64,000 nucleotides of DNA. Origin: Alphaproteobacteria bacterium. GTDB lineage: Bacteria; Pseudomonadota; Alphaproteobacteria; UBA828. A program made the translations under genes and the position numbers. Positions within the stretch are counted from its first letter, which is position 1. Each line of letters opens with the position of its first letter. The notes under the pieces are model-generated. The model had not been told where the DNA came from, made no database searches, and saw nothing but the letters and a program-made list of their open reading frames with translations. The stretch lies in assembly GCA_965237415.1 (NCBI GenBank), contig CBDEFM010000002.1:2784001-2848000 (forward strand), written 5' to 3'. Shown here in pieces: positions 49,146-58,978 of this stretch.

Positions 49146-50048
49146 TCAGCCGGCGAAGCGGTGCTCGGGAAGGCCGCGCACACCGAGGCCTGAGACCGCG
49201 AGGATTCCGCCGCCGTGGGGCTGCGGCTTGGAGGCCTCGCCGAAGATTTTCTGAGCCTCGGGGCCGAGGAAGTCGGTGCGCCCCATCGAGGTGAGGTACG
49301 CCACGTCGAGGTTGTCGCCGCCGAACATGATGCTTGTGATGGTCTTGGTCGGCACCGGCACGCGGCGGTCGACCGTGCCGTCCGGCGCGTAGCGCACGAG
49401 CTGGCCCGAGACGATCTGCGCGTTCCAGAGATACCCCTCGGCATCGATCGTGGAGCCATCCGGGATGCCGGGCTCGTCGTGGGTGTTGGCGAAGACCCGC
49501 TTGTTGGAGATCGCGCCGGTCTCGAAATCGTAGTCGTAGGCGTAGATCTCCTGCATGTAGGAATCGGTGTGATAGAAGGTCTTGTTGTCGGGGCTCCAGC
49601 TCGGCCCGTTGTTGCAGATGATGCCACGCTCCAGCTCGTGCACGGTAAGGTCGGGGTCGAGCCTGAAGAGGCCGCAGATCGGCGCTTCGGAGATTTCATC
49701 CTCGCCGCCGGCGAAGAAGCGGCCGCGGCGGTCCACCTTGCCGTCGTTGAAGAGCGAGCGCGGCTCGTCCGCGTCGACGAGGGCGATGAGTTCGGTCTCG
49801 CCGCTATCGAGGTCCATGAAGTAGAACCCGTCGCGCATGGTCAGCACGCCGCCGCCCTGCTCCCGGAGCGCAAAGGCGCCCACCGTCTTCGGCAGCGTCC
49901 AGGTGCGAGTCTTGCCGGTGCGGGGATCGAGGCGCCAGACCTCCTTGTCCAGCATGTCGACCCAATAGAGGACTCCCTCCACCGGGTCCCAGACCGGCCC
50001 CTCGCCGAGATAGTTGCCCGCCTCCACCACGCATTCGATCTTGACCAT
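49146..50048 (-). CDS. SMP-30/gluconolactonase/LRE family protein
   Basis: LGEGPVWD, LYWVD, FNDGKVD, NGPSWSPD, PDGSTIDAEG, FGG. Confidence 0.93.
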   Translation of the reverse strand: MVKIECVVEAGNYLGEGPVWDPVEGVLYWVDMLDKEVWRLDPRTGKTRTWTLPKTVGAFALREQGGGVLTMRDGFYFMDLDSGETELIALVDADEPRSLFNDGKVDRRGRFFAGGEDEISEAPICGLFRLDPDLTVHELERGIICNNGPSWSPDNKTFYHTDSYMQEIYAYDYDFETGAISNKRVFANTHDEPGIPDGSTIDAEGYLWNAQIVSGQLVRYAPDGTVDRRVPVPTKTITSIMFGGDNLDVAYLTSMGRTDFLGPEAQKIFGEASKPQPHGGGILAVSGLGVRGLPEHRFAG

Positions 50049-50169
50049 CGCGGCCTCCCTCAGCCTTCTGACGCTCCTCGCCTGCCGGCGCACGGACGGC
50101 TCGGAGAGGAGCCGGGACGGCACAACTATACGCCTGTAAGCGCTCGCGCGGAGTCCCGGAGGCTGCGCA

Positions 50170-50583
50170 TCAACACGCCATGACCCCGACATGACCGTGT
50201 TCCCCATAGGTGAGCAGGTGGCGGTCACGGGTCACCAACGTGTATCCAAAAGCTCGCGCTGTCGCGGCGAGGATGCGGTCCACCGGATCCGCGGGCGGCG
50301 CATCGGGAAGAGCGCATGATGCGATCAGCACCGGGGGCGGCATTGCCGCGAGCGCCACCCCCGGCAGCGCGAGAACACGATCGAACCACACCTCGGGGGC
50401 GAGCGAGAGAGCGATCTTCGCCTTTGCCGTAAGCATGGCGATTTCCCACGCGGTCATGGGAGACACCGCGAGGTTCCCGCCTTCCGCGTATGCCTCCCTC
50501 AACGCACTTGCGGCCGGCTCCCGCAGCGGATCGCCGTTCGCGATCCAGATCACCGCGCAGGTGTCGAGCAGGAAGACAGACAT
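50170..50583 (-). CDS. vapC: VapC-family PIN toxin
   Basis: FLLDTCAVIW, SPMTAWEI, DPVDRILAATA, LVTRD. Confidence 0.92.
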   Translation of the reverse strand: MSVFLLDTCAVIWIANGDPLREPAASALREAYAEGGNLAVSPMTAWEIAMLTAKAKIALSLAPEVWFDRVLALPGVALAAMPPPVLIASCALPDAPPADPVDRILAATARAFGYTLVTRDRHLLTYGEHGHVGVMAC

Positions 50584-50589
50584 CGCCGG

Positions 50590-51012
50590 CTACCGCCCGG
50601 CCTCCCAATCCGCCTCGGCCGGTGCGGTTAGGTCGGTCCCCGGCTTGATCGTTACCGTGCCCTTGAGGGCGCCGAAAACGGATGAGAATGAACCGGAATC
50701 GCTCATAGCAGGAGACCTCGCCTCGTCTCGAAGTACCCGTCCGCTGGTCTCGGTCGCGGGCCAGTACTGCGTGGATTTCACGAACACCAGCTTCTGGCCC
50801 TCCATGTCCACGTTCTGCGTCTTGTACCCTGCCTCGAGCCACGATCGGGTGATGACACTATTCGCGGGATTGTTGGACCACCACGGTCGATGCTTGAAGG
50901 CCGAGGGCGGCAAATTCGTGCCGATGATCCGCTCAATGTCAGCGAAGGTCATGGGCACGGTCTCTTGCCCCACCTCACGCAGGTGAGCCGCCAGGGGCGC
51001 ATACTTGGACAT
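50590..51012 (-). CDS. Putative antitoxin: MSKY..WW.N domain (DUF7662-like) plus VapB-like C-terminal tail
   Basis: MSKYAPLAAHL..MTFADIERIIG..LP.SA..WWSN..WLEAGY; C-terminal FGALKGTVTI..DLTAP; GAGGAG RBS; 6 nt upstream of vapC. Confidence 0.75.
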   Translation of the reverse strand: MSKYAPLAAHLREVGQETVPMTFADIERIIGTNLPPSAFKHRPWWSNNPANSVITRSWLEAGYKTQNVDMEGQKLVFVKSTQYWPATETSGRVLRDEARSPAMSDSGSFSSVFGALKGTVTIKPGTDLTAPAEADWEAGR

Positions 51013-51030
51013 GCCGACCACTCCTCTTTT

Positions 51031-51074
51031 AGGTAGTATCGGTATATAGCTCATTATACCTAGTAAACCTACCT
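51031..51074 (-). promoter_or_regulatory. AT-rich promoter/operator of the TA operon
   Basis: Minus-strand TATAAT inside nested inverted repeats GGTATA/TATACC and AGGTAG/CTACCT. Confidence 0.55.
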
Positions 51075-51217
51075 TTTTTGTCAGACGAAGGCTCGGCTGG
51101 CGTCCTGGCCGCCCCTCGTGCGCGCTCGAGATCGTTGCCGGGGCCGGTACCGCCGGCCTACTCTCGCGCACCGCCCGGCGCCGCTATGGGAGTGGCGCCC
51201 ATCCGAGACGAAGCGCG

Positions 51218-52468
51218 ATGACCATTGAGGAGGCGCCCGGCCGCGGGCAGGTCCGCGTCATCGGGCTGATCGCACTCGCCCACGGCGCGAGCCACTTCTA
51301 TCAGCTCGCCCTGCCGCCGCTCTTCCCGCACCTCAAGGAGGCGTTCGCGGTCAGCTACACCGAGCTCGGCACGCTGATGACCGTGTTCTACGTGAGCTCC
51401 GGCCTCTCGCAGACTGCGGCGGGTTTCCTGGTCGATCGTTTCTCGGCGCGCACGGTGCTGCTGAGCGGTCTCGCCCTGCTCTGCGTTGCAATCGTGCTGA
51501 TGGGGTTTGCGTCCGCGTTCTGGATGCTGTTTCCGCTCGCCGTGCTCGCGGGGATCGGAAACTGCGTGTTCCACCCGGCCGATCTCTCCATCCTCACCGC
51601 GAGTATCCGCCGCACCCGCCACGGACGGGCCTACGGCTTTCACACGCTTGGCGGCAATCTCGGCTACGCGCTCGCGCCTATCGTCATGGTGGGGCTAGCG
51701 TTGGAGCTGGGCTGGCGGTCGGCGCTCATGGTGGCCGGCGCGGCGGGCCTGATCCTGTTCCTGGTGCTGGCGCTGAACCGGCATCTGTTCCTGGATGCGC
51801 GGGACGAGGCATATCCCGTGCCCGCCCCGCCAGCTGCGGCGGATCGGCCGGCGGCTCCAGTCTGGCGCCGGCCGCTCGCCGCCGTAAGGCAAGGGTTTGC
51901 CCCTCTCCTCTCGGTTCCGGTTCTTCTCTGCTTCGCCTTTTTCGTCCTGTTGAGCGGGGCAACCATCGGGCTCCAATCGTTCTTCCCGGCGCTGATGGAC
52001 CAGCTCTACGGCCTGCCGATCGCCGAGGGCGCACCGCTCCTCTCGGTATTCCTCTTCGGCGCATCGGGAGGCGTACTGCTCGGCGGCTTCCTCGCCGAGC
52101 GTGCGGGCGCACGGCATCAGGTCGTGATTGGCGTGGGCCTTGCATCGGCCGCCGCGTTCTTCGTCGCGATCAGCCTCGGCCTCTTCCCGGCCGCCGCGCT
52201 GGCCGTGCCGTTCGCCCTTGCCGGCATCATGGTCGGCCTCACCATGCCGTCCCGCGACATGCTGGTGCGCGAGAGCGCAGCCGCGTCCGCGCGGGGCCGG
52301 GTCTTCGGATTCGTCTATTCGGGCCTCGATACCGGCGCCGCCGCCGCGCCGCTGATCGTGGGGCTGCTGCTCGACCACGGCGATCCCCGCGCGGTGCTGT
52401 GGTTGATCGCGGCGCTGCTCCTGCTCGCCATCGTCGCCGCCGCTCTGGCGAAAGGGCGAAGAGCATGA
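51218..52468 (+). CDS. MFS transporter (Fsr-like)
   Basis: About 12 hydrophobic segments, GFLVDRFSAR motif A, GNCVFHPAD. Confidence 0.9.
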   Translation: MTIEEAPGRGQVRVIGLIALAHGASHFYQLALPPLFPHLKEAFAVSYTELGTLMTVFYVSSGLSQTAAGFLVDRFSARTVLLSGLALLCVAIVLMGFASAFWMLFPLAVLAGIGNCVFHPADLSILTASIRRTRHGRAYGFHTLGGNLGYALAPIVMVGLALELGWRSALMVAGAAGLILFLVLALNRHLFLDARDEAYPVPAPPAAADRPAAPVWRRPLAAVRQGFAPLLSVPVLLCFAFFVLLSGATIGLQSFFPALMDQLYGLPIAEGAPLLSVFLFGASGGVLLGGFLAERAGARHQVVIGVGLASAAAFFVAISLGLFPAAALAVPFALAGIMVGLTMPSRDMLVRESAAASARGRVFGFVYSGLDTGAAAAPLIVGLLLDHGDPRAVLWLIAALLLLAIVAAALAKGRRA

Positions 52469-52561
52469 ACGTACGCTTCGCGCGCGGCGCCGCGGCGCCG
52501 AGCCATCGGTTACAATCGGCGCGGCCCGTCTCGCGGGCGCCTGCGTCTCCTACGGCAATCG

Positions 52562-53635
52562 GTGAATGACATGGTCAGCTTCGGCTTGTTTTGTCTCATG
52601 GGCTATCGGGACCGGCGGAGCCCGGTCTCCGAGGTGCTCGGCAACGCGGTGCAGATGGTGCAATGGGCGGAGGAGGCGGGCTTCGAGGCAGCGTGGTTCG
52701 CGGAGCACCACTTTTCCAACTATTGCGTCTGCCCCTCGCCGCTGCTGATGGTCAATCACTGCGCGGGGCGCACCACGCGGATCAAGCTCGGGCCCGCGGT
52801 GATCGTGGTGCCGCTCTATCACCCGGTCCGGCTCCTTGCCGAGATCGGCATGACCCAGGCGCTCTTGGGCGAAGAGCGCTTCCTGCTCGGGCTCGGCAGC
52901 GGCTACCAGCCCTACGAGTTCGAGCGTTTCGACGCCGATCTCGGCCAGTCCAAGGCGCAGCTGGAGGAGTTCCTCGCGCTCATGGATCGGGCCTATGCGA
53001 ACGAGACTTTCACCTTCGACGGCGACTTCACCGCCTTGCCCGAGACCAATATCAGCACGCGCCCGCCGGGCGGCGTGCCGCCGATCTGGGTCGCGGGCGA
53101 TTCCGAATCGACGCACAGGCTCGCGGCACAGCGCGGCTTCGTGCCGATCATCACCGGCCGCTGGTTCGGCGCCGACTACCTGGCCGAGCAGCGCGAGCGC
53201 ATCGACGCGTCCTACGCCGCCGAGGGGAGGGGCGGGGAGGCCCACGAGCTCGGGATTCTGCGCTTCGTCTGCGTGACCGAGAGCGACGAGGAAACGCTGG
53301 ACTACCTGATCAATGCCCGCCAGCAGATGCGCTTCGCCGCGGCGCTCCGCAACCGGCAGGAGGCGATGGACGGCGGCATGCTCATCGAACGTCCGTTCTC
53401 CGGCGAACCGCCGCTGGAGGAGATGGCCGCGAACCTGCCGGTAGGCGATGCGGCCACGGTCACATCCAGGCTCGCCGCCGACATCTGCGCCTCCGGCGCG
53501 AGCCATATGATGCTGAACATCCAGGCGGCGGGCTCCACCATGGCGCAGGCCGAGCGGACCATCCGAGCCTTCGCCAGCGAGATCAGGCCCGCCATTGAGC
53601 GCGCGCTTGCCGAGGATCGAGGCGCCGCACCTTAG
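52562..53635 (+). CDS. Luciferase-like (LLM) flavin-dependent oxidoreductase
   Basis: AEEAGFEAAWFAEHHF, PSP, TTRIKLG, HPVRLLAE, GLGSGY, PPIWVA. Confidence 0.9.
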   Translation: MNDMVSFGLFCLMGYRDRRSPVSEVLGNAVQMVQWAEEAGFEAAWFAEHHFSNYCVCPSPLLMVNHCAGRTTRIKLGPAVIVVPLYHPVRLLAEIGMTQALLGEERFLLGLGSGYQPYEFERFDADLGQSKAQLEEFLALMDRAYANETFTFDGDFTALPETNISTRPPGGVPPIWVAGDSESTHRLAAQRGFVPIITGRWFGADYLAEQRERIDASYAAEGRGGEAHELGILRFVCVTESDEETLDYLINARQQMRFAAALRNRQEAMDGGMLIERPFSGEPPLEEMAANLPVGDAATVTSRLAADICASGASHMMLNIQAAGSTMAQAERTIRAFASEIRPAIERALAEDRGAAP

Positions 53636-53914
53636 CCCGCATTTGTTACCGTGGTCTGTGCGCTGGTCTGCCGCGCCCACGACCCTTCGGGCGTGCGCGA
53701 CCCCGGACCTTGGTGCGGTTCTCGGCGCGCGGCGCCTGCGCCAGGATCGCGCCATGCAGCACGAGGACGAGGGGATCATGGCAGACGAGATGAGCGGGCG
53801 TGCGCGACATCCCACTTAATCCCACTTAATCCCGGCGAATCCCGGACAAAAATTGTGCTCTGTCCATGTGGGACTGCGGAACCGGACTGCGAAATTGATC
53901 AGAAATGCAGGTTA
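53633..53914. repeat. Dispersed intergenic element, copy 2, with imperfect terminal inverted repeats and a 4-unit ATCCC array
   Basis: Ends TAGCCCGCATTT / AAATGCAGGTTA; homologous to 26279-26701. Confidence 0.85.
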
Positions 53915-55037
53915 GCTCTTTCCCGCCCCCTCCGCCGGGGCGCCGATGCGGGCCGCGAGAGATGCCGCCAAGAACTGGTCGATCCCACCGTCGAGCACGG
54001 CGTCGGGGTTGCTACTCTCGATCCCCGTGCGCACGTCCTTCACCATGCGATAGGGCTGCAGCACGTAGGAGCGGATCTGGTGGCCCCAGCCGATGTCGCT
54101 CTTCTGCTCGGCGAGCGCCTGCGCCTCGCTCTCGCGCTCCTGCAGCGCGCGCTCGTAGAGGCGGGCGCGCAGCATGGACATGGCCTCGGCCTTGTTGCGG
54201 TGCTGCGAACGCTCGGCCTGGCACTGCACGACGATGTTGGTGGGCAGGTGGGTGATGCGGACCGCGCTGTCGGTCCGGTTGACATGCTGCCCGCCCGCGC
54301 CCGAGGCCCGGTAGGTATCGATCCTGAGGTCCTTCTCGACGATCTCGATGTCGATGGTCTCGTCCACCACGGGGTAGACCCAAACGGAGGCGAAGCTCGT
54401 ATGGCGTCTTGCGCCCGCGTCGAAGGGGGAGATACGGACCAGGCGGTGCACGCCGCTCTCGGTCTTGAGCCAGCCGTAGGCGCTCTCGCCCGAAACCTTG
54501 ATGACGGCCGACTTGATTCCCGCTTCCTCGCCGGGGCTCTCCTCGATCCACTCGACAGCGTAGCCCCGCTGCTCCGCCCAGCGCACGTACATGCGCAGCA
54601 GCATTTCGGCCCAGTCCTGCGATTCGGTGCCGCCGGCCCCGGCATGGACCTCGAGGAAGCCGTCGTTACCGTCGGCCTCGCCCGAGAGCAGGCTCTCCAG
54701 CTCGCGCCGCTTCGCTTCCTTGCGGGTCTGGGCAAGCGCGGCTTCCGCCTCGCCGTAGACCTCCTCGTCGGCCTCCTCGTCGGCGAGCTCGGCGAGCGCG
54801 AGGCCGTCCTCCAGCTCCTGCTCCAGCCGCTGGTAGGTGCCGACCGCCGCATCGAGCCGGGTACGCTCCTGCATCACCTGGCGCGCCCGCTCGGCATCGG
54901 CCCAGAGGTCGGGGTCCTCGGCCTCGCGGTTCAGCGCCTCCAGGCGGTCACGGGCGCCGTCGAGGTCAAAGGTGCCTCCTCAGCAGCGCCAGCGACTGCT
55001 TGATGTCATGGGCAAGCGACAGGATTTCGGCGCGCAT
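53912..55037 (-). CDS. prfB: Peptide chain release factor 2 (programmed +1 frameshift)
   Basis: GGQ and SPF motifs; 23-codon first frame MRAEILS..LRRHL ends at CTT-TGA-C (54971-54965) with AGGAGG 3 nt upstream. Confidence 0.97.
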
Positions 55038-55061
55038 CGGCTGGTCCCCTCCGGTGGGCGC

Positions 55062-57467
55062 TCAATATACGGCGCCCAACCCCTCGAACGGAACCGCGCC
55101 GGTTTCCAGCATGCCATCCGGGCCAGCGCTCTGCCTCAGCGCGGCCCGCTGTGTCGGTTCGGTGCCGGGCAGAAACGCCTCGACGATCACGTCATCGCTG
55201 ACGGGGCCAGGCAACGAGCCGGTCTCGCGCTCGACCCGCACAAAACGGATGCCCGGCGGCACCCGGAAGGGCACGGCCGGCTTGCCGGCCAAGGCCGCGG
55301 CGAAGAAGTCCCGCACGATCGGCGCCGCGACCCGGCCCCCCGATTCCTTCCGCCCCAGCGATTGCGGCTGGTCGAATCCGACATAGGCCACGGCAACCAG
55401 ATCAGGGGTGAAGCCCACGAACCAGGCATCGCGGAACTCGTTGGTGGTCCCTGTCTTGCCGCCGATCGGCGCGCCCAGCTTGCGGAGCGCGCGGCCGGTG
55501 CCGCGCTGCACGGCGCCCTCCAGCATGGATACGACCTGGTACGTGGTGCGTGGATCGGCGATCACGGGGCGCGTGTCGCGCAGCGCGGGCGGCAGCTGGT
55601 GCTGCCATTCGCCAGGCCGGCAACCGTCGCAGTCGCGTGCATCCCGCTGGTAGACCGTGCGGCCGTTGCGGTCCTGAATTCGCTCGACGAAAGCCGGTTC
55701 GATCCTGCGCCCGCCATTGACCAGCATGGCGTAGGCGGTGGCGAGATCGAGCGGCGTCGTCTCCAGCGAGCCGAGGGCGGCCGAGGGCAACTCCGGCAGA
55801 TCCGGGTGGAGCCCGAAGCGTGCGGCGTAGTCGGCGACGGTCTTCATGCCGATGTGCTGGGCCACGCGGAGCGTCATCAGGTTGCGCGATTCCTCGAGCC
55901 CGACCCGGAGCGTGCTGGGCCCGTAGAAACGCTCCGTGTAGTTCTCCGGCTTCCACTTGCGCAGGTGCTCGCCCTGGTCGATCACCACCGGCGCATCGAG
56001 CACGATGGAGGCCGGCGTGTAGCCGTTATCGAGCGCCGCGAGATAGACGAACGGCTTGAAGGCCGAGCCCGGCTGGCGCCGGGCCTGGGTCGCGCGGTCG
56101 AACTCGCTCGTGGCGAAGTCGAAGCCGCCGACCAGCGCCAGCACCCGTCCGGTGTGCGGGTCGAGCGCCACCAGGGCGCCCGAGACTTGGGGAATCTGGC
56201 GGAGCGCGAAGGCTCCGTCCCGACCTTCCAGCGGCTCGGCCGGAACAACATCGCCCGCGCTCAGCACCTGGTGGGCCGCGGTGACTTCGGGCCCGAGCCG
56301 GCCCTTCCCGCGGGCCTTCCGCGCCCACTTGAGGTCGTCGAGCGCGATGACGCCGCGTTCGCCGTTGGCGAAGCCGATGACGGCCCGGCCCGGCTCCACC
56401 GCCAACACCGCTGCGAGGCGCCACGGCGCCGGCACCGGCGAAATCTCCTCCGCTCCGAGCGCCTCTTGCCAGTCGTCCGCCGGGTCGATCCGGGCGAGCG
56501 GGCCTCGCCAGCCGCGGCGGGCGTCATAGGCAACGAGGCCACCGCGCAGCGCCCGGTCGGCCATCGCCTGCAGGGCCGGGTCGACCGTCGTACGGACAGA
56601 GAGGCCGCCTTCGTAGAGCGTATCGTCGCCGTAGCGCGCCAGCAGCCAGCGGCGCACCTCCTCGGCGAAGTGCGGGGCCTCGACGAAGGTCTCGGGCGCC
56701 CGCGCCCTGGTGCGGAGCGGCGCCTGCATGGCGGCCTCGGCCACGGCGGCGCTCACCGCACCGTTCGCGACCATCTGGCCGAGCACCCAGTTGCGCCGCC
56801 CCACCGCCGCCTCGCGCTTGCGCACCGGGTGATAGTTGTTCGGCGCCTTGGGAAGGGCGGCCAGATAGGCGATTTCCTCGAGCGAAAGGTCGTTGAGGGA
56901 GCGGTCGAAATAGTTGAGCGCCGCCGCCGCCACGCCATACGAGCCCGCTCCGAGATAGATCTCGTTGAGATAGAGCTCGAGAATCCGGTCCTTGGTGAAG
57001 GTATCCTCGATCCTCATCGCGAGGATGGCTTCCTTGATCTTGCGCGAGAAGGAGAGCTCGCCCGAGAGCAGGAAGTTCTTCGCCACCTGCTGGGTGATCG
57101 TCGACGCGCCCACCAGCCTGCGGTCGCCGCCCAGATTGACCAGGTTCGTGACCACCGCGTTTGCCACGCTCAGCGGATCGATCCCGAAATGCTCGTAGAA
57201 CGCCTTGTCCTCGGCGGCGAGGAAAGCCTGGATCACCCGGCGCGGCATGGCGACGAGAGGCACGAACAGACGCTTCTCGCGGGCATGCTCGGCGAGCAGC
57301 CGCCCGTCGCCGGCGTGCACCCGGGTCATCACCGGCGGCTCGTAGGCCGCGAGTTGGTTGTGATCCGGCAGGTCGCGGCCATAGTGGAAGAACACGAAGG
57401 CGATGGCACCGCCGGCGAGAGCGGCGAGCAGAACGATGCTGCCCAGGACGATGCCGAGGATCTTCAT
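55062..57467 (-). CDS. mrcA: Penicillin-binding protein 1A
   Basis: AAEDKAFYEH, GASTITQQVAKN, RKIKE, YLNEIY, SAFK, SRN, KTGT. Confidence 0.95.
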   Translation of the reverse strand: MKILGIVLGSIVLLAALAGGAIAFVFFHYGRDLPDHNQLAAYEPPVMTRVHAGDGRLLAEHAREKRLFVPLVAMPRRVIQAFLAAEDKAFYEHFGIDPLSVANAVVTNLVNLGGDRRLVGASTITQQVAKNFLLSGELSFSRKIKEAILAMRIEDTFTKDRILELYLNEIYLGAGSYGVAAAALNYFDRSLNDLSLEEIAYLAALPKAPNNYHPVRKREAAVGRRNWVLGQMVANGAVSAAVAEAAMQAPLRTRARAPETFVEAPHFAEEVRRWLLARYGDDTLYEGGLSVRTTVDPALQAMADRALRGGLVAYDARRGWRGPLARIDPADDWQEALGAEEISPVPAPWRLAAVLAVEPGRAVIGFANGERGVIALDDLKWARKARGKGRLGPEVTAAHQVLSAGDVVPAEPLEGRDGAFALRQIPQVSGALVALDPHTGRVLALVGGFDFATSEFDRATQARRQPGSAFKPFVYLAALDNGYTPASIVLDAPVVIDQGEHLRKWKPENYTERFYGPSTLRVGLEESRNLMTLRVAQHIGMKTVADYAARFGLHPDLPELPSAALGSLETTPLDLATAYAMLVNGGRRIEPAFVERIQDRNGRTVYQRDARDCDGCRPGEWQHQLPPALRDTRPVIADPRTTYQVVSMLEGAVQRGTGRALRKLGAPIGGKTGTTNEFRDAWFVGFTPDLVAVAYVGFDQPQSLGRKESGGRVAAPIVRDFFAAALAGKPAVPFRVPPGIRFVRVERETGSLPGPVSDDVIVEAFLPGTEPTQRAALRQSAGPDGMLETGAVPFEGLGAVY

Positions 57468-57580
57468 CCGTGTGCGGGCCTGGCGGTCTAAGGAGTCGCG
57501 GGCGCTCCAGCCTAGCATCGATTGGGATGGGGGGGCGCACCATCCATTGGACGACAGGAATGAGGCGAGACTGCGGCAGG

Positions 57581-58801
57581 TTAGCAGGGCTCGCGGAAAT
57601 ACGTGTCGAGCGCGTTCAGGATCGCGCCGGCCAGAGCGCGCCGGTGGGTCTTGCTCGTCAGCCGCTCCGCATCCTGGTCGTTCGAGAGGAATCCGAGCTC
57701 GACCAGCACCGAAGGGATGTCCGGTGCCTTGAGAACGCGGAAATCGCCGAACCGGTGCGGGTGCCTGATAAGCGGCGCTACGCGCTCGAGCTCCGGCAGC
57801 AGCGTTGCTGCGAGCGATGCCGAGCAGTTCATCGTGTTCTGCTGGACCAGCGAGATCAGCACCTTGGCCACGTCTTCGTCGTAGCCATCGGTAAGATCGA
57901 CGTCGGCAACGATATCGGCCTTGTTCTCGCGCGCCGCCAGTTCGGCGGTCTCGACATCGGACGCCTCGTCGGAGAGCGTGTAGACCGATGCGCCGCGCAC
58001 GTCGCGGTTCTCCAAACGGTCGAGATGAATGGAGAGGAAGAGATCGGCACCGGCGTTGCGGGCGATGACGACCCGCCGCTTCAGTCGGACTTTGCGGTCG
58101 CCGTCGCGGGTCATCACCACCTGGTATCTGCCGGACTCTACGAGAACGGTCCGAAGCTCGCGGGCAAAGGCCAGCGCCAGCGTCTTCTCCCTCAAGCCAT
58201 TCGTAGCTATCGCACCGGGGTCGCGGCCGCCGTGGCCGGCGTCGATCGCGATCAGATGGCGTACGGGCTTCGGCGCCGGTTTCAGCTTCGGTAACGGCAC
58301 GGGCCCGGCCGGAGCGACTGGTTTGGCTCGCAAGACCGGCTCGACCGGCTTCGGAGGTCGGGCGGCAGCCTCGTACGCTGACAGCGAAATCGGGACGAAA
58401 TCCAGGACCAGCCGATGGGGGGCCGTGCCCTCCGCGTCGGCTGCAAGCATCCGCGCTTGTCGCACGGCGAGCGGCTGGTCGAGGTCGACCACGATGCGCG
58501 TGGTGTCAGGCCGGAACTGGCCGTAGCGCAGCCGCACGACGCCTGAGTGGCCGACGGCGAGAGAGCGCTCCTCCAGTGCCCAGTGCAGCGCCGGCAGATC
58601 GATCACCACGCGGTTGGGCCCCGCAAGAGCAAAAATTTTAAACGTTGTCGGCTCAGTCAGGTCCAGGATCAGCCGGGTCATGCCGTCGTGCTGGCCGACC
58701 CGAACGCCCGTGAGCGAGGATGTGACCTGCGCGCTTGCCGCGACAACCGCGACGAGCAACAACACGAAGACCGCAGCCGCGGCCCCGCGCCGCCATATCA
58801 C
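57581..58801 (-). CDS. amiC: N-acetylmuramoyl-L-alanine amidase (AMIN + Amidase_3)
   Basis: Signal peptide, AMIN-type RVVIDL repeats, IDAGHGGRDPGA, EK, FLSIH, VELGFLSN. Confidence 0.92.
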   Translation of the reverse strand: MIWRRGAAAAVFVLLLVAVVAASAQVTSSLTGVRVGQHDGMTRLILDLTEPTTFKIFALAGPNRVVIDLPALHWALEERSLAVGHSGVVRLRYGQFRPDTTRIVVDLDQPLAVRQARMLAADAEGTAPHRLVLDFVPISLSAYEAAARPPKPVEPVLRAKPVAPAGPVPLPKLKPAPKPVRHLIAIDAGHGGRDPGAIATNGLREKTLALAFARELRTVLVESGRYQVVMTRDGDRKVRLKRRVVIARNAGADLFLSIHLDRLENRDVRGASVYTLSDEASDVETAELAARENKADIVADVDLTDGYDEDVAKVLISLVQQNTMNCSASLAATLLPELERVAPLIRHPHRFGDFRVLKAPDIPSVLVELGFLSNDQDAERLTSKTHRRALAGAILNALDTYFREPC

Positions 58802-58978
58802 CCTGTCGCTCCACGGCCTGCCGGCATCTGCGACTCCCAGACCGGCAATCGTCTTCCTTCATAAAGGCTATAGCCGCGCCACGGCAACGCCTTATGCGTC
58901 GGGGCATGGAGCGGCGGATGCGGTGCTTGCCGCACCGGCTCTCATGCTAATCTTCTCGAGTTGCGAGGGAGAGACGGC

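Noticed and set aside
53912-55037. prfB pseudogene because of an internal stop
   Set aside because: The stop is the conserved programmed frameshift site.
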